A DNA stretch of 64,000 bases, from NCBI GenBank assembly GCA_017533795.1, contig JAFWIH010000005.1:6690-70689 (forward strand), given 5' to 3'. Origin of the DNA: Clostridia bacterium. GTDB taxonomy: Bacteria > Bacillota > Clostridia > TANB77 > CAG-508. A program made the position numbers and the translations under genes. Below, one piece after another: positions 18,542 to 28,580 of this stretch. The notes under the pieces are model-generated. The model saw only the letters and a program-made list of their open reading frames with translations, made no database searches and had not been told where the DNA came from. Each line of letters begins with the position of its first letter. The stretch's first letter is position 1.

Positions 18542-21500
18542 ATGAAAAGAAACTATAATAAAATAATATTTAGTTTAATATCTGTAATATTAATAATTTT
18601 TATAATAGTAATGATTGCTTCAAATATAAATCCTCAAATTAAGAGTGTTTTAAAAAATACTTTTAATAACAAGGAAGCAGCTACAAACACAGATGTTGTT
18701 GATCCAACACAATGGGTTGCAGTAGATGGTTTAGGTAGAACTTTAGATACTAATGAAGAAACAGGCGATATAAAAAGTGATAAGGAGGTAGGAATTTTCT
18801 TCTGGAACTGGCATGATACTGAAACTGTAATGTATAGAAGAGATAAAGCAAGTACAAAAGATCCTAATACAGCTTTTAATACATTTGAAAATGTAGAACC
18901 ATATAATATACAAAATGCAATTGATAAATATCCAAATGAAAATCCATTAAATATTAATAGTAAAATGTGGGAAAACCATCAAGGATATATGTGGTGGAAT
19001 AAGCCAATATATGGATACTATAGAAATAGTGACAAATGGGTATTAAGAAGACAAGTTGAACTACTTGCAGATGCGGGAATAGACTTTATTTTATTGGACT
19101 ATACTAACACTTCTGGTACAGGTGAAAGCTTTAAAAATCAAAGAGATAGTAATGGCTGTTATGTAAAAAGTGAAGAAACAGGATCTAGAAAACCATATTG
19201 GGAAAACAGATTTAGTTATTGTTGGGACTGGAGACCATTGTTTGAAGTATTTTCTGAAGCTAAAAAAGACGGTATAAATGTTCCTAAAATTGGATTTATG
19301 TTATCTTTTACAGATCAGGATAAATATGCTCCATCACCTCATGGAGGCCAAAAAGGTAATAATGAAATGCTACTATGTCTATATGATAATTTATATAAGC
19401 CAGAAAAGTATAAAGACTTATGGTATTATAGAGATAATAAACCTTTTTTAATGTCTTATGAACCAGTTATAAATGAAAATGACGCAACATTTAAAAAAGA
19501 CTTTAGTGCAGCTGATATTAATGAATTGAAAAGTATAAAAAATATGTTTACATTTAGAAATCCTGGAGACAATAATGTAGGTTCTGTATTAGATGTTGCT
19601 CCAAAGCAAAATGGATGGGCATGGGAAAGTATGTATCCTCAATTCTATGGAAAATCTGGAAGTGTTATAGAAGAGGTACCAGTATCTCCAGCACAAAATG
19701 TTGGATATGATGAAAATGGTAATTATGTAGGAACTCCAATGAATTTTGACAATAGTAGAGGAAGAGACATGCCAAGAGATGATAACTTCTTGAGTAGATT
19801 ATCAAGCTTTGAAAAAAAACATAGCAATTTTACAGGAGATTATACATACTTATATAAAGGTAAAGAAGTTAATGTAAATAGTAGTACTAATAATTCATAC
19901 TTATATGGAAGAAATTTTCAACAACAATGGGATAGAGCAATAAGCCTTGATCCTAAAGTTATACTTCTAACAGGTTGGAATGAATGGGTTGTCGTAAGAA
20001 ATCCTCATGAAGATAATGTAAACAAATTTGTTGATGAATTTAATGATTTAAAATCTCGTGATATTGAACCAAGTGCTGGAAAATTAAAAGACCATTATTA
20101 TTATCAAATGGTTGAAAATATCAGAAAGTTTAAAGGAACTAATAAATTACCTAATCAGACAGAAACAAAGACTATAGATCTAGATGGAGATATTAATCAA
20201 TGGAATGATGCAAATATAATTAATTATAATCATTATACTTTCGATGATTTAACAATATATAGATCAACTAAGGCTTGGGGATCTCCAGATACAAATGCAG
20301 AGTATTATTCAAATTATACATCAATTGAAGGAAATGACTTAAAAAAAGCAAAAGTTTCATATGATAAAACAAATGTATATTTTTATATAGAATGTAATAC
20401 TCCTTTTAGAGATTATGGAATAGACAGAACAAGACTTTTAATAGATACAATAGATTCAGAAAATAGTACCTCAACAAAAAATTGGGAAGAATATGAATAT
20501 ATATTAAACAGAAATAATGCAACAGAAAATACATTAAAACTAGAAAGAAGTAAAGGAGGATGGAACTGGGAAGAAGTAGGACAGGTTGAGTATACAACTG
20601 CAGACAGTGAAGGACATGGAAATAATGTATTGCAAGTAAAAATACCAAGAAAATATTTAGGATTAACCTCAGAAAATGTTAAATTTAATTTTAAATGGAT
20701 AGATAATAATGTAACAGATGAAAATGGTACAACAGCAGATATAATGAATGTATATACAGATGGAGATGCAGCACCAGGAGGTAGGTTTGCATTTGCATTT
20801 ACAGGTAATGCAAGTTATGAAGAAGAAACATATACAATAAATTTAAATGCAAATGGAGGAACAGTATCAGAAAGCCAAATAACATATAAAGAAAGCACAG
20901 CAACATTTACATTACCAACACCAACAAGAAAAGGATATACATTTAGAGGCTGGACAGGAACAGGATTATCAAAAGTGACTCAAGAAGTAACAATACCAAA
21001 AGGAAGCACAGGAGATAGAACATATAAAGCAAATTGGAGTAAAGATGAATATACAATAACATATACATTAAATGGTGGAACAACAAGTGAAGAATTAACA
21101 ACAGTATACCAAGTAGATACTGAGACATTCACATTACCAACACCAACCAAAAAAGGATATACATTTATGGGCTGGACAGGAACAGACTTAACAGAAGAAA
21201 CACAGGAAGTAACAATAGCAAAAGGAAGTACAGGACATAGAGAATATGTAGCTAATTGGAGCTTAAGTTCATACGCAATAACATATAATTTAGATGGAGG
21301 AACAATAACAGGACAAAAAACCTCATATAACATAACAACAGCAACATTTACATTACCAAAACCAACAAAAAAAGGATATATATTTACAGGTTGGACAGGA
21401 ACAGGATTAACAGAACCAACAGAAACGGTAACAATACCAAAAGGAAGTACAGGAAAGAGAACATATACAGCAAACTGGAAAATAGAAACATATACAATAA

Positions 21501-24500
21501 CATATAATTTAGGTGGAGGAGAAATAGCAGGCCAAAAAACATCATATAACGTAACTACTGCGACATTTACATTACCAATACCAACTAAAACAGGATATAC
21601 ATTTACAGGTTGGACAGGAACAGGCATAACAACACCAACTAAAACTGTAAAAGTAACAAAAGGAAGCATTGGAAACAAAGAATACACAGCTAACTGGGAA
21701 AAACAAACATATGTAATAGAGTACAATTTAGATGGAGGAGAAATAACAGGTCAAAAAACAACATATGATGTAGTTACAGAGTCATTCACATTACCAACAC
21801 CAACTAAAACAGGATATACATTTATAGGCTGGACAGGAACAGACTTAGAAGAACCAACAAAGACAGTAACAATAGCAAAAGGAAGCACAGGAGATAGAGA
21901 ATATACGGCAAATTGGAGCGCACCTACATCATATTCAATAACATATAACTTAGATGGAGGAACAATAACAGGCCAAAAAACTTCATATAATATAACAACA
22001 GCAACATTTACATTGCCAACTCCAACAAAGAAAGGCTATATATTTACAGGTTGGACAGGAACAGGCTTAGCAGAACCGACAGAAACAGTAACAATAGCAA
22101 AAGGAAGTACAGGAAAGAGAACATATACAGCAAATTGGAAAATTGAAACATATACAATAAAATATAATTTAGACGGAGGAACAATAACAGGTCAAAAAAC
22201 ATCATATAATGTAACAACAGCGACATTTACATTACCAATACCAACTAAAACAGGATATACATTTAAAGGTTGGACAGGAACGGGCCTAACAACACCAACT
22301 AGAACTGTAAAAGTAACAAAAGGAAGTATAGGAAATAAAGAATATACAGCAAATTGGGAAAAAGAAACATATGAAATAGTATACAACCTTGATGGAGGAG
22401 AAATATCAGGACAGAAAAATTCATATGATATAGATACAGCGACATTTACATTACCAACTCCAACTAAAACAGGATATACATTTATAGGTTGGACAGGAAC
22501 AGACTTAGAAGAACCAACTAATGCTGTAACAATAGCAAAAGGAAGTACAGGAGATAGAGAATATACAGCCAATTGGAGTTCAGCTACATCATATACAATA
22601 ACATATAACTTAAATGGAGGAAAAATAACAGGCCAAAAAACTTCGTATAATGTAGATACGGAGACATTCACATTACCGACACCTACAAGAAAGGGATACA
22701 CATTTACAGGCTGGACAGGAACAGGGTTAACAGAACCAACAAAGACAGTAACAGTAGCAAAAGGAAGTACAGGAAATAGAAGCTACAAAGCAAATTGGAG
22801 TAAAAATACCTATACAATAACTTATAGTTTAGATGGTGGAGAAATAACGGAACAAAATGACACATATCAAGTAGATACAGCAACATTTATATTACCAACA
22901 CCAACCAAAACAGGATATGTATTTATAGGCTGGACAGGAACGGATTTGGAAGAAGCAACAGCAACAGTAACAATAGCAAAAGGAAGTATAGGAAATAGAG
23001 CATATACAGCAAACTGGATAAAAGAAGTATATACAATTACATATAATTTAAATGATGGAGAAATAACGGGACAAAGAACTGGATATCAAATAGATACGGA
23101 GTCATTTACATTACCAACTCCAACAAAAGAAGGTTATACATTTGAAGGCTGGACAGGAACAGGGTTAACAGAACCAACTAAGGCAGTAACAATATCAAAA
23201 GGAAGTACAGGAGATAGAGAATATACAGCAAATTGGAGTACAGCTACATCATATACAATAACATATAACTTAAATGGAGGAAAAATAACAGGTCAAAAAA
23301 CCACATATAATATAAGCACAGCGACATTTACATTACCAACACCTACAAGAAAGGGATATACATTTACAGGTTGGACAGGAACGGATTTGGAAGAAGCTAC
23401 GAAAACAGTAACAATAACAAAAGGAAGTACAGGAAATAGAAGTTACAAAGCCAACTGGAGCAAAAATACCTATACAATAACTTATAGTTTAGATGGTGGA
23501 GAAATAACGGAACAAAATGACACGTATCAGGTAGATACAGCAACATTTATATTACCAACACCAACCAAAACAGGATATGTATTTATAGGCTGGACAGGAA
23601 CAGATTTGGAAGAAGCAACAGAAACCGTAACAATAGCAAAAGGAAGCATAGGAAATAGAGAATATATAGCAAACTGGCAAAAAGAAGTATATACAATTAC
23701 ATATAATTTAAACAATGGAACAATAAGTGGACAAAGAACGGGATACCAAATGGATACGGAAACATTTACATTACCAACACCAACCAAAGAAGGTTATACA
23801 TTTGCAGGCTGGACAGGTACAGGATTGACAGAGCCAACAGAAACAGTGACAATAGCAAAAGGAAGTACAGGAAATAGAGAATATACAGCAAATTGGAGCA
23901 GAATTAGTTATTCTATAAAATATAATTTAAACGGAGGAACAATAACAGGCCAAAAGACATCATATAATATAGAAACAAAAACATTTACATTACCAATACC
24001 AACAAAAGAAGGCTATGTATTTACAGGCTGGACAGGAACAGGCTTAACAGAGTCTGCAAAAACAGTAACAATAGCAAAAGGAAGTATGGGAAATAGAGTA
24101 TACACAGCAAATTGGAGTAAGGGTACTTATAAAATAACCTACAATTTAAATGAAGGAGAAATAACAGGACAAAAAGAGACATATGAAGCTGATACAGAAA
24201 CATTTACTTTGCCAACGCCAACAAGAAAGGGTTATACATTTGAAGGCTGGACAGGAACAGGATTATCAGAAGCAACTAAAACTGTAAAAGTAACAAAAGG
24301 AAGTACAGGAGACAGAGAATATACAGCAAATTGGAATATAATAACTTATACAATAACATATAATTTAAATGAAGGAAATATACAAGGAGAAAAAACATTG
24401 TACCAGGTAAACACAAAAACCTATGTATTGCCAACACCAACAAGAGAAGGTTATATATTTGAAGGCTGGACAGGAACAGATTTGGAAGAAGCAACAAAAA

Positions 24501-24958
24501 CAGTAACAATAGCAAAGGGAAGCATTGGAAATAGAGAATACACAGCAAATTGGAGTGAAAAAATATTTAACATTAAAGAATATAAGGTAGAAGGTAACTT
24601 TGTAGAAAGAATAAAGCCAAACACTCAATATAAAGATTTAATAAAAAATATAGAAACAAATCTAGAATACACTATTGAAGATGAAGGAAAAGAATTAGGA
24701 GGACAAGACATAATAAAGACAGGACAGGAAATAGTAGTAGAAAATAGAACATATAAATTAGTTGTAAGTGGAGACACAAATGGAGACGGAAAAGTAGATA
24801 TAAAAGACATATTACAATTAAATAAGCATAGACTAAACAAAGTAAAACTAGAAAATGAATTCTATATGGCGGGAAATGTAAATGAAGATGAAAAACTAGA
24901 CATTAAAGATATATTAAAATTAAACAAATACAGACTTAATAAAATTACAGAGTTATAA
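18542..24958 (+). CDS. Secreted/anchored GH99/GH71-like glycoside hydrolase with 17 InlB B-type (Listeria-Bacteroides) repeats and C-terminal dockerin
   Basis: TIM-barrel motifs GYYRNSD.WV.RRQ.ELL.DAGIDF, WYY..NKPF, TGWNEW; repeats YxIxYxLxGG…LPTPTKxGYxFxGW…YxANW; duplicated GDxNGDGKVDIKD/GNVNEDEKLDIKD dockerin. Confidence 0.78.
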   Translation: MKRNYNKIIFSLISVILIIFIIVMIASNINPQIKSVLKNTFNNKEAATNTDVVDPTQWVAVDGLGRTLDTNEETGDIKSDKEVGIFFWNWHDTETVMYRRDKASTKDPNTAFNTFENVEPYNIQNAIDKYPNENPLNINSKMWENHQGYMWWNKPIYGYYRNSDKWVLRRQVELLADAGIDFILLDYTNTSGTGESFKNQRDSNGCYVKSEETGSRKPYWENRFSYCWDWRPLFEVFSEAKKDGINVPKIGFMLSFTDQDKYAPSPHGGQKGNNEMLLCLYDNLYKPEKYKDLWYYRDNKPFLMSYEPVINENDATFKKDFSAADINELKSIKNMFTFRNPGDNNVGSVLDVAPKQNGWAWESMYPQFYGKSGSVIEEVPVSPAQNVGYDENGNYVGTPMNFDNSRGRDMPRDDNFLSRLSSFEKKHSNFTGDYTYLYKGKEVNVNSSTNNSYLYGRNFQQQWDRAISLDPKVILLTGWNEWVVVRNPHEDNVNKFVDEFNDLKSRDIEPSAGKLKDHYYYQMVENIRKFKGTNKLPNQTETKTIDLDGDINQWNDANIINYNHYTFDDLTIYRSTKAWGSPDTNAEYYSNYTSIEGNDLKKAKVSYDKTNVYFYIECNTPFRDYGIDRTRLLIDTIDSENSTSTKNWEEYEYILNRNNATENTLKLERSKGGWNWEEVGQVEYTTADSEGHGNNVLQVKIPRKYLGLTSENVKFNFKWIDNNVTDENGTTADIMNVYTDGDAAPGGRFAFAFTGNASYEEETYTINLNANGGTVSESQITYKESTATFTLPTPTRKGYTFRGWTGTGLSKVTQEVTIPKGSTGDRTYKANWSKDEYTITYTLNGGTTSEELTTVYQVDTETFTLPTPTKKGYTFMGWTGTDLTEETQEVTIAKGSTGHREYVANWSLSSYAITYNLDGGTITGQKTSYNITTATFTLPKPTKKGYIFTGWTGTGLTEPTETVTIPKGSTGKRTYTANWKIETYTITYNLGGGEIAGQKTSYNVTTATFTLPIPTKTGYTFTGWTGTGITTPTKTVKVTKGSIGNKEYTANWEKQTYVIEYNLDGGEITGQKTTYDVVTESFTLPTPTKTGYTFIGWTGTDLEEPTKTVTIAKGSTGDREYTANWSAPTSYSITYNLDGGTITGQKTSYNITTATFTLPTPTKKGYIFTGWTGTGLAEPTETVTIAKGSTGKRTYTANWKIETYTIKYNLDGGTITGQKTSYNVTTATFTLPIPTKTGYTFKGWTGTGLTTPTRTVKVTKGSIGNKEYTANWEKETYEIVYNLDGGEISGQKNSYDIDTATFTLPTPTKTGYTFIGWTGTDLEEPTNAVTIAKGSTGDREYTANWSSATSYTITYNLNGGKITGQKTSYNVDTETFTLPTPTRKGYTFTGWTGTGLTEPTKTVTVAKGSTGNRSYKANWSKNTYTITYSLDGGEITEQNDTYQVDTATFILPTPTKTGYVFIGWTGTDLEEATATVTIAKGSIGNRAYTANWIKEVYTITYNLNDGEITGQRTGYQIDTESFTLPTPTKEGYTFEGWTGTGLTEPTKAVTISKGSTGDREYTANWSTATSYTITYNLNGGKITGQKTTYNISTATFTLPTPTRKGYTFTGWTGTDLEEATKTVTITKGSTGNRSYKANWSKNTYTITYSLDGGEITEQNDTYQVDTATFILPTPTKTGYVFIGWTGTDLEEATETVTIAKGSIGNREYIANWQKEVYTITYNLNNGTISGQRTGYQMDTETFTLPTPTKEGYTFAGWTGTGLTEPTETVTIAKGSTGNREYTANWSRISYSIKYNLNGGTITGQKTSYNIETKTFTLPIPTKEGYVFTGWTGTGLTESAKTVTIAKGSMGNRVYTANWSKGTYKITYNLNEGEITGQKETYEADTETFTLPTPTRKGYTFEGWTGTGLSEATKTVKVTKGSTGDREYTANWNIITYTITYNLNEGNIQGEKTLYQVNTKTYVLPTPTREGYIFEGWTGTDLEEATKTVTIAKGSIGNREYTANWSEKIFNIKEYKVEGNFVERIKPNTQYKDLIKNIETNLEYTIEDEGKELGGQDIIKTGQEIVVENRTYKLVVSGDTNGDGKVDIKDILQLNKHRLNKVKLENEFYMAGNVNEDEKLDIKDILKLNKYRLNKITEL
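20830..24556 (+). repeat. 17 tandem ~219-222 bp coding repeats (InlB B-repeat)
   Basis: 17 copies counted in the translation; shared nucleotide core ggctggacaggaacag. Confidence 0.92.
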
Positions 24959-25007
24959 AAATAATTAGTTTGAGGTATTGCCTTGTAAAATTTCTAAAGC
25001 TTAACCA

Positions 25008-25044
25008 AAAAAAGAGATTGCTTAATGCCAGCAATCTCTTTTTA
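25008..25044. terminator. Bidirectional terminator
   Basis: AAAAAAGAGATTGCT-7 nt-AGCAATCTCTTTTTT. Confidence 0.8.
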
Positions 25045-25116
25045 TAAATAATTATAATTATCAAAAAAATATGATATAATTTAAAAAATATATATTAATT
25101 TGGTAAGGAGAAAAAT

Positions 25117-25365
25117 GTGGAGATAATATTATATTCAGTGATTGCTTTTTTAGTTTCATTGACTATTCAAATAGTTTTTATTCTAATTATGCACATAAGG
25201 AAAAAGAAAGCAAATAGAACAATAGATACAGAAGATGAATATAAAACAAATATGAGACTAGTTACAAGAATAATAATTGCAATTATTATTTCTGTTATAA
25301 TATCTGTTATTACATTTTATGTTCTTGGGATTGCAGTAATAGGCTTTTTAAGACAAGGACACTAA
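25117..25365 (+). CDS. Small two-TM hypothetical protein
   Basis: RBS AAGGAG, GTG start, two hydrophobic helices separated by RKKK; upstream TGnTATAAT. Confidence 0.7.
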   Translation: MEIILYSVIAFLVSLTIQIVFILIMHIRKKKANRTIDTEDEYKTNMRLVTRIIIAIIISVIISVITFYVLGIAVIGFLRQGH

Positions 25366-25392
25366 TAAATTACAAGTTGTAGATAAATATTT

Positions 25393-25446
25393 GATTTATT
25401 AAGAAGAAGATATGAAGTATATGTAGGAACTTTGTATAATAAGGAG
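25393..25446 (+). pseudogene. 54-bp relic of an AAA_14/DUF4143 ATPase gene
   Basis: Translates DLLRRRYEVYVGTLYNKE vs ELLRRGYEVYVGTLYNKE at 27211-27264; 46/54 nt identical. Confidence 0.8.
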
Positions 25447-25458
25447 GAAAAACAAAAT

Positions 25459-26034
25459 ATGAATTATTTTAAAAAATTAATAGGAGATAGAATTTATTTA
25501 TCTCCCAAAGGTGTATCTGATGAAGAAATTAAGAAATTTACAGAATGGATGAATGATTTCCAAGTAACAGATTATACAGGAAAAAGTGGACAAATTACAA
25601 CATTAATTGGAGAGAAAGATTGGCTTGAAAATTCAGCAAAAAATAGTGAAAACAGAGTTTTTGATATTATTGATTTAAATAATAATAAATTAGTTGGAAC
25701 AATTGGACTGGAACACTTTGATTGGATTGAAAGAAGTGCTGTACTTGGAATATTTATTGGAGATGAAGACTATAGAAATAATGGATATGGAACAGAGTCA
25801 ATAAAAATTTTATTAGAATATGGATTTAAATACTTAAACTTGCATAGCATAAGATTAGAGCTTATTGCCATAAATGAAAGGGCACATAAGTGTTATTTAA
25901 ATTGTGGATTTAAAGATACCGGAAAAAGTAGAGAAGCAATATTTTTAAATGGAAAATATTATGATAAGTTACATATGGATATACTTGAATACGAATTTGA
26001 TGGAGATTATATTAGAAATAAGAACATAAAATAA
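25459..26034 (+). CDS. GNAT (RimJ/RimL-like) acetyltransferase
   Basis: LGIFIGDEDYRNNGYGTE acetyl-CoA motif, NERA..CY..CGF; ATG 25459 after AAGGAGG. Confidence 0.9.
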   Translation: MNYFKKLIGDRIYLSPKGVSDEEIKKFTEWMNDFQVTDYTGKSGQITTLIGEKDWLENSAKNSENRVFDIIDLNNNKLVGTIGLEHFDWIERSAVLGIFIGDEDYRNNGYGTESIKILLEYGFKYLNLHSIRLELIAINERAHKCYLNCGFKDTGKSREAIFLNGKYYDKLHMDILEYEFDGDYIRNKNIK

Positions 26035-26064
26035 AGAGATTGCTATATATAAGCAATCTCTTTT
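26033..26064. terminator. Terminator with the same stem as 25008-25044
   Basis: AAAGAGATTGCT-7 nt-AGCAATCTCTTT. Confidence 0.75.
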
Positions 26065-26212
26065 AGATATTGATCGAGGAGACCATAGCAAAATTACTAA
26101 AACATAAGATATTACTGAACTCGAAAATTTTCTGTCAAGCAATGTGTAAGCAGCTAGTCTTTGAAGTTTGAAAGAGACTGAGAAAGAACGAGAAATATTT
26201 GAATAAAAACTT

Positions 26213-26264
26213 TCATTTCGCAAATAATAAAAATATTGATTTTTGCGAAATGAGATGATATAAT
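26213..26264 (+). promoter_or_regulatory. SigA promoter overlapped by a 12-bp inverted repeat (candidate operator)
   Basis: TTGATT-17-TATAAT with extended TG; TCATTTCGCAAA (26213-24) / TTTGCGAAATGA (26242-53). Confidence 0.65.
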
Positions 26265-26286
26265 GTTTATGAGGTGAAAGTAAATT

Positions 26287-27474
26287 ATGAAATTAATAAA
26301 CAGAAACTATCTACAAGAACTTGTCAAAGTGATTGGCACTCCGGATATAAAGGTCATAACAGGAGTTAGACGTAGTGGAAAATCAAAACTATTAGAGATG
26401 TTTAGAAAATATATAAATGAAAATGTTGAAAATGCGAACATAATAAATATCAATTTCAATTTAGTTAAATTTGATAAACTTAGAGAATATCATGCTCTTA
26501 ATGATTATGTTCAAAAAAAATATATTGAAGATAAAAGAAATTTTGTGCTAATTGACGAAGTTCAAATGTGTGATGGATTTGAAAGAACAATAAATAGTCT
26601 TCATGCAGAAGAAAGATATGATATATATATAACTGGATCAAATGCGTTTTTATTGAGTAGTGACTTAGCAACACTGTTTACAGGTAGAACTTACGAAATA
26701 GAAATATATCCATTTTCGTTTAAAGAGTATTTAAGGTACTTCAAATATAAAGACATAGATGATGCTTTCAAGAATTACGTTATGGAAGGTGGAATGTCAG
26801 GCTCATATGTTTATAATGAATATAACCAAAAATATAATTATATAAATGATGTATATAATTCTCTAATAGTTAGAGATATACAGCAGAAGTATAATATTCA
26901 AAATATTGGATTAATGAATAGTTTGACAGAATTTATGATGGATAATATTTCAAATTTAACATCGTACAGAAACATTGCAAATAAATTAAATGAGAACAAT
27001 CTAAATACAAATGATAAAACCATAGCAAGTTATATAAAGTATTTATGTGATGCTTTTGCTTTTTACAAAATAAGAAGATATGATATTCAAGGAAAGAAAT
27101 ACCTATCAACTATAGATAAATACTATTTAGTAGACCATACTTTTAAATATGCAAGATTAGGAACAAAAAATATAAATTATGGTAGAGTATATGAAAATAT
27201 TGTAGCTATAGAATTATTGAGAAGAGGATATGAAGTTTATGTAGGAACATTATATAATAAAGAAATAGATTTTGTGGCTATGAAAAGAAATGAAAAAATA
27301 TACATTCAAGTATCAGATAATATTGATAGTGATGATACATTAAAAAGAGAGGTAGAACCATTATTACAAATAAAGGATGCATATCCAAAGGTAATAATAG
27401 CTAGAACAAAACATGATGATTATCAATATGAAGGAATACAAATATATGATATAGCAAATTGGCTAGCAAAATAA
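26287..27474 (+). CDS. AAA_14 ATPase with DUF4143 domain (COG1373)
   Basis: Walker A GVRRSGKS, Walker B LIDEVQ, ITGSNAFLLS, ENIVAIELLRRGY…KEIDFVA…YIQV. Confidence 0.92.
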   Translation: MKLINRNYLQELVKVIGTPDIKVITGVRRSGKSKLLEMFRKYINENVENANIININFNLVKFDKLREYHALNDYVQKKYIEDKRNFVLIDEVQMCDGFERTINSLHAEERYDIYITGSNAFLLSSDLATLFTGRTYEIEIYPFSFKEYLRYFKYKDIDDAFKNYVMEGGMSGSYVYNEYNQKYNYINDVYNSLIVRDIQQKYNIQNIGLMNSLTEFMMDNISNLTSYRNIANKLNENNLNTNDKTIASYIKYLCDAFAFYKIRRYDIQGKKYLSTIDKYYLVDHTFKYARLGTKNINYGRVYENIVAIELLRRGYEVYVGTLYNKEIDFVAMKRNEKIYIQVSDNIDSDDTLKREVEPLLQIKDAYPKVIIARTKHDDYQYEGIQIYDIANWLAK

Positions 27475-27768
27475 ATAGCAAGTACAGAATGGAGTGATGA
27501 AATTACAGGAGATGGAGGACTTAACAGAATTAGAGATTTTGACAAGTGGTTAGAAAAAATTCAAAATGACTTATCTGTTGATACAATAGACAAAGATAGA
27601 ATTCCAGCAACATTATATTTAACCATAAGAAAGTCTGATAAGAAAATAGTAGGAAATTTGCAAATAAGACATTTTTTGAATGAAAAACTATTAAATTATG
27701 GAGGACATATCGGAGATAGTGTAATACCAGATGAAAGAATAATTCAAATATACTGGATTAGTTTGTAA
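27475..27768 (+). pseudogene. Truncated, internally deleted GNAT acetyltransferase (COG3981-like)
   Basis: Startless frame: …GDGGLNRIRDFDKWLEK…IPATLYL…VGNLQIRHFLNEKLLNYGGHIGDSVIPDER|IIQIYWISL*; acetyl-CoA-binding segment after 'PxER' missing. Confidence 0.75.
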
Positions 27769-27817
27769 GAAATATACAGATAATTATTAAAATAAAGTGT
27801 TATAAGGGGGAATAATA

Positions 27818-28579
27818 ATGATTATAGATAGTTTTGATGATAAATCTAAAGCAAAGATAAATCCTATACAAGAAAAAAATAGATTAAAATGTGATGCTTG
27901 CATAGTTACTTTTTCACATATAATAGAAGAGTATGTTCTAAAGAATTATAATGTAGAAGAATGTTCTACTTATAAAATGGTTACAAAACCTTATCCAATT
28001 TATAAAATTAATTATAAAGGCAAAATATTTGCATTTTATAGAACAATTTTAGGTGCCCCGGCATCAGTTAGAATACTAGAAGAAGTAACAAAAGTTATAG
28101 ACACGAGTAAATTTATAGTATTTGGTGGTTCTGGTTGCTTAGAAAAAGAGATAGTACATGGAGCAATAATGATTCCGACTGAAGCTTATAGAGATGAAGG
28201 AACAAGCTACCATTATGTACCAGCATCAGATTATATAACAATTAAAAATGCTAATAAAGTTGCAGATTTTATGAAAGCCAAAAAATTACCATACATACTA
28301 GGAAAAACATGGACAACAGATGCATCCTATCGTGAAACTGAAAACAATATGGTAAAAAGGAAAGCTGAGGGTTGCATATCAGTAGAAATGGAATGCTCTG
28401 GAATGCAGGCAGTATGCAACTTCAGAGGATTACAATTATATTATTTTTTAACAAGTGGAGATTTATTGGATGCTCCAGAATGGGACAAAAGATTCGTAGA
28501 AGGAGAATATGCTGGAACTCAACATGATATAAGACATTTTGATATTGCAATTGAACTTGCTGATTATGTGACAGATTAA
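27818..28579 (+). CDS. Nucleoside phosphorylase (PNP/UDP family 1)
   Basis: LGAPAS, FGGSGCL, AYRDEGTSYHY, WTTDASYRET, VEMECS. Confidence 0.9.
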   Translation: MIIDSFDDKSKAKINPIQEKNRLKCDACIVTFSHIIEEYVLKNYNVEECSTYKMVTKPYPIYKINYKGKIFAFYRTILGAPASVRILEEVTKVIDTSKFIVFGGSGCLEKEIVHGAIMIPTEAYRDEGTSYHYVPASDYITIKNANKVADFMKAKKLPYILGKTWTTDASYRETENNMVKRKAEGCISVEMECSGMQAVCNFRGLQLYYFLTSGDLLDAPEWDKRFVEGEYAGTQHDIRHFDIAIELADYVTD

Positions 28580-28580
28580 T

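Noticed and set aside
20980-22701. Long minus-strand ORFs (248 and 169 aa) in the repeat region
   Set aside because: Shadow frames of the repetitive plus-strand gene; no RBS or independent motif
20830-24556. Regular repeats as a possible CRISPR array or DGR target
   Set aside because: They are in-frame ~73-aa protein repeats with mostly third-position variation; there are no unique spacers, cas genes or reverse transcriptase
26084-26206. Possible sRNA or recombinase C-terminal relic after the putative att site
   Set aside because: Only short stop-interrupted frames and no recognisable motif or stable fold; cannot be supported
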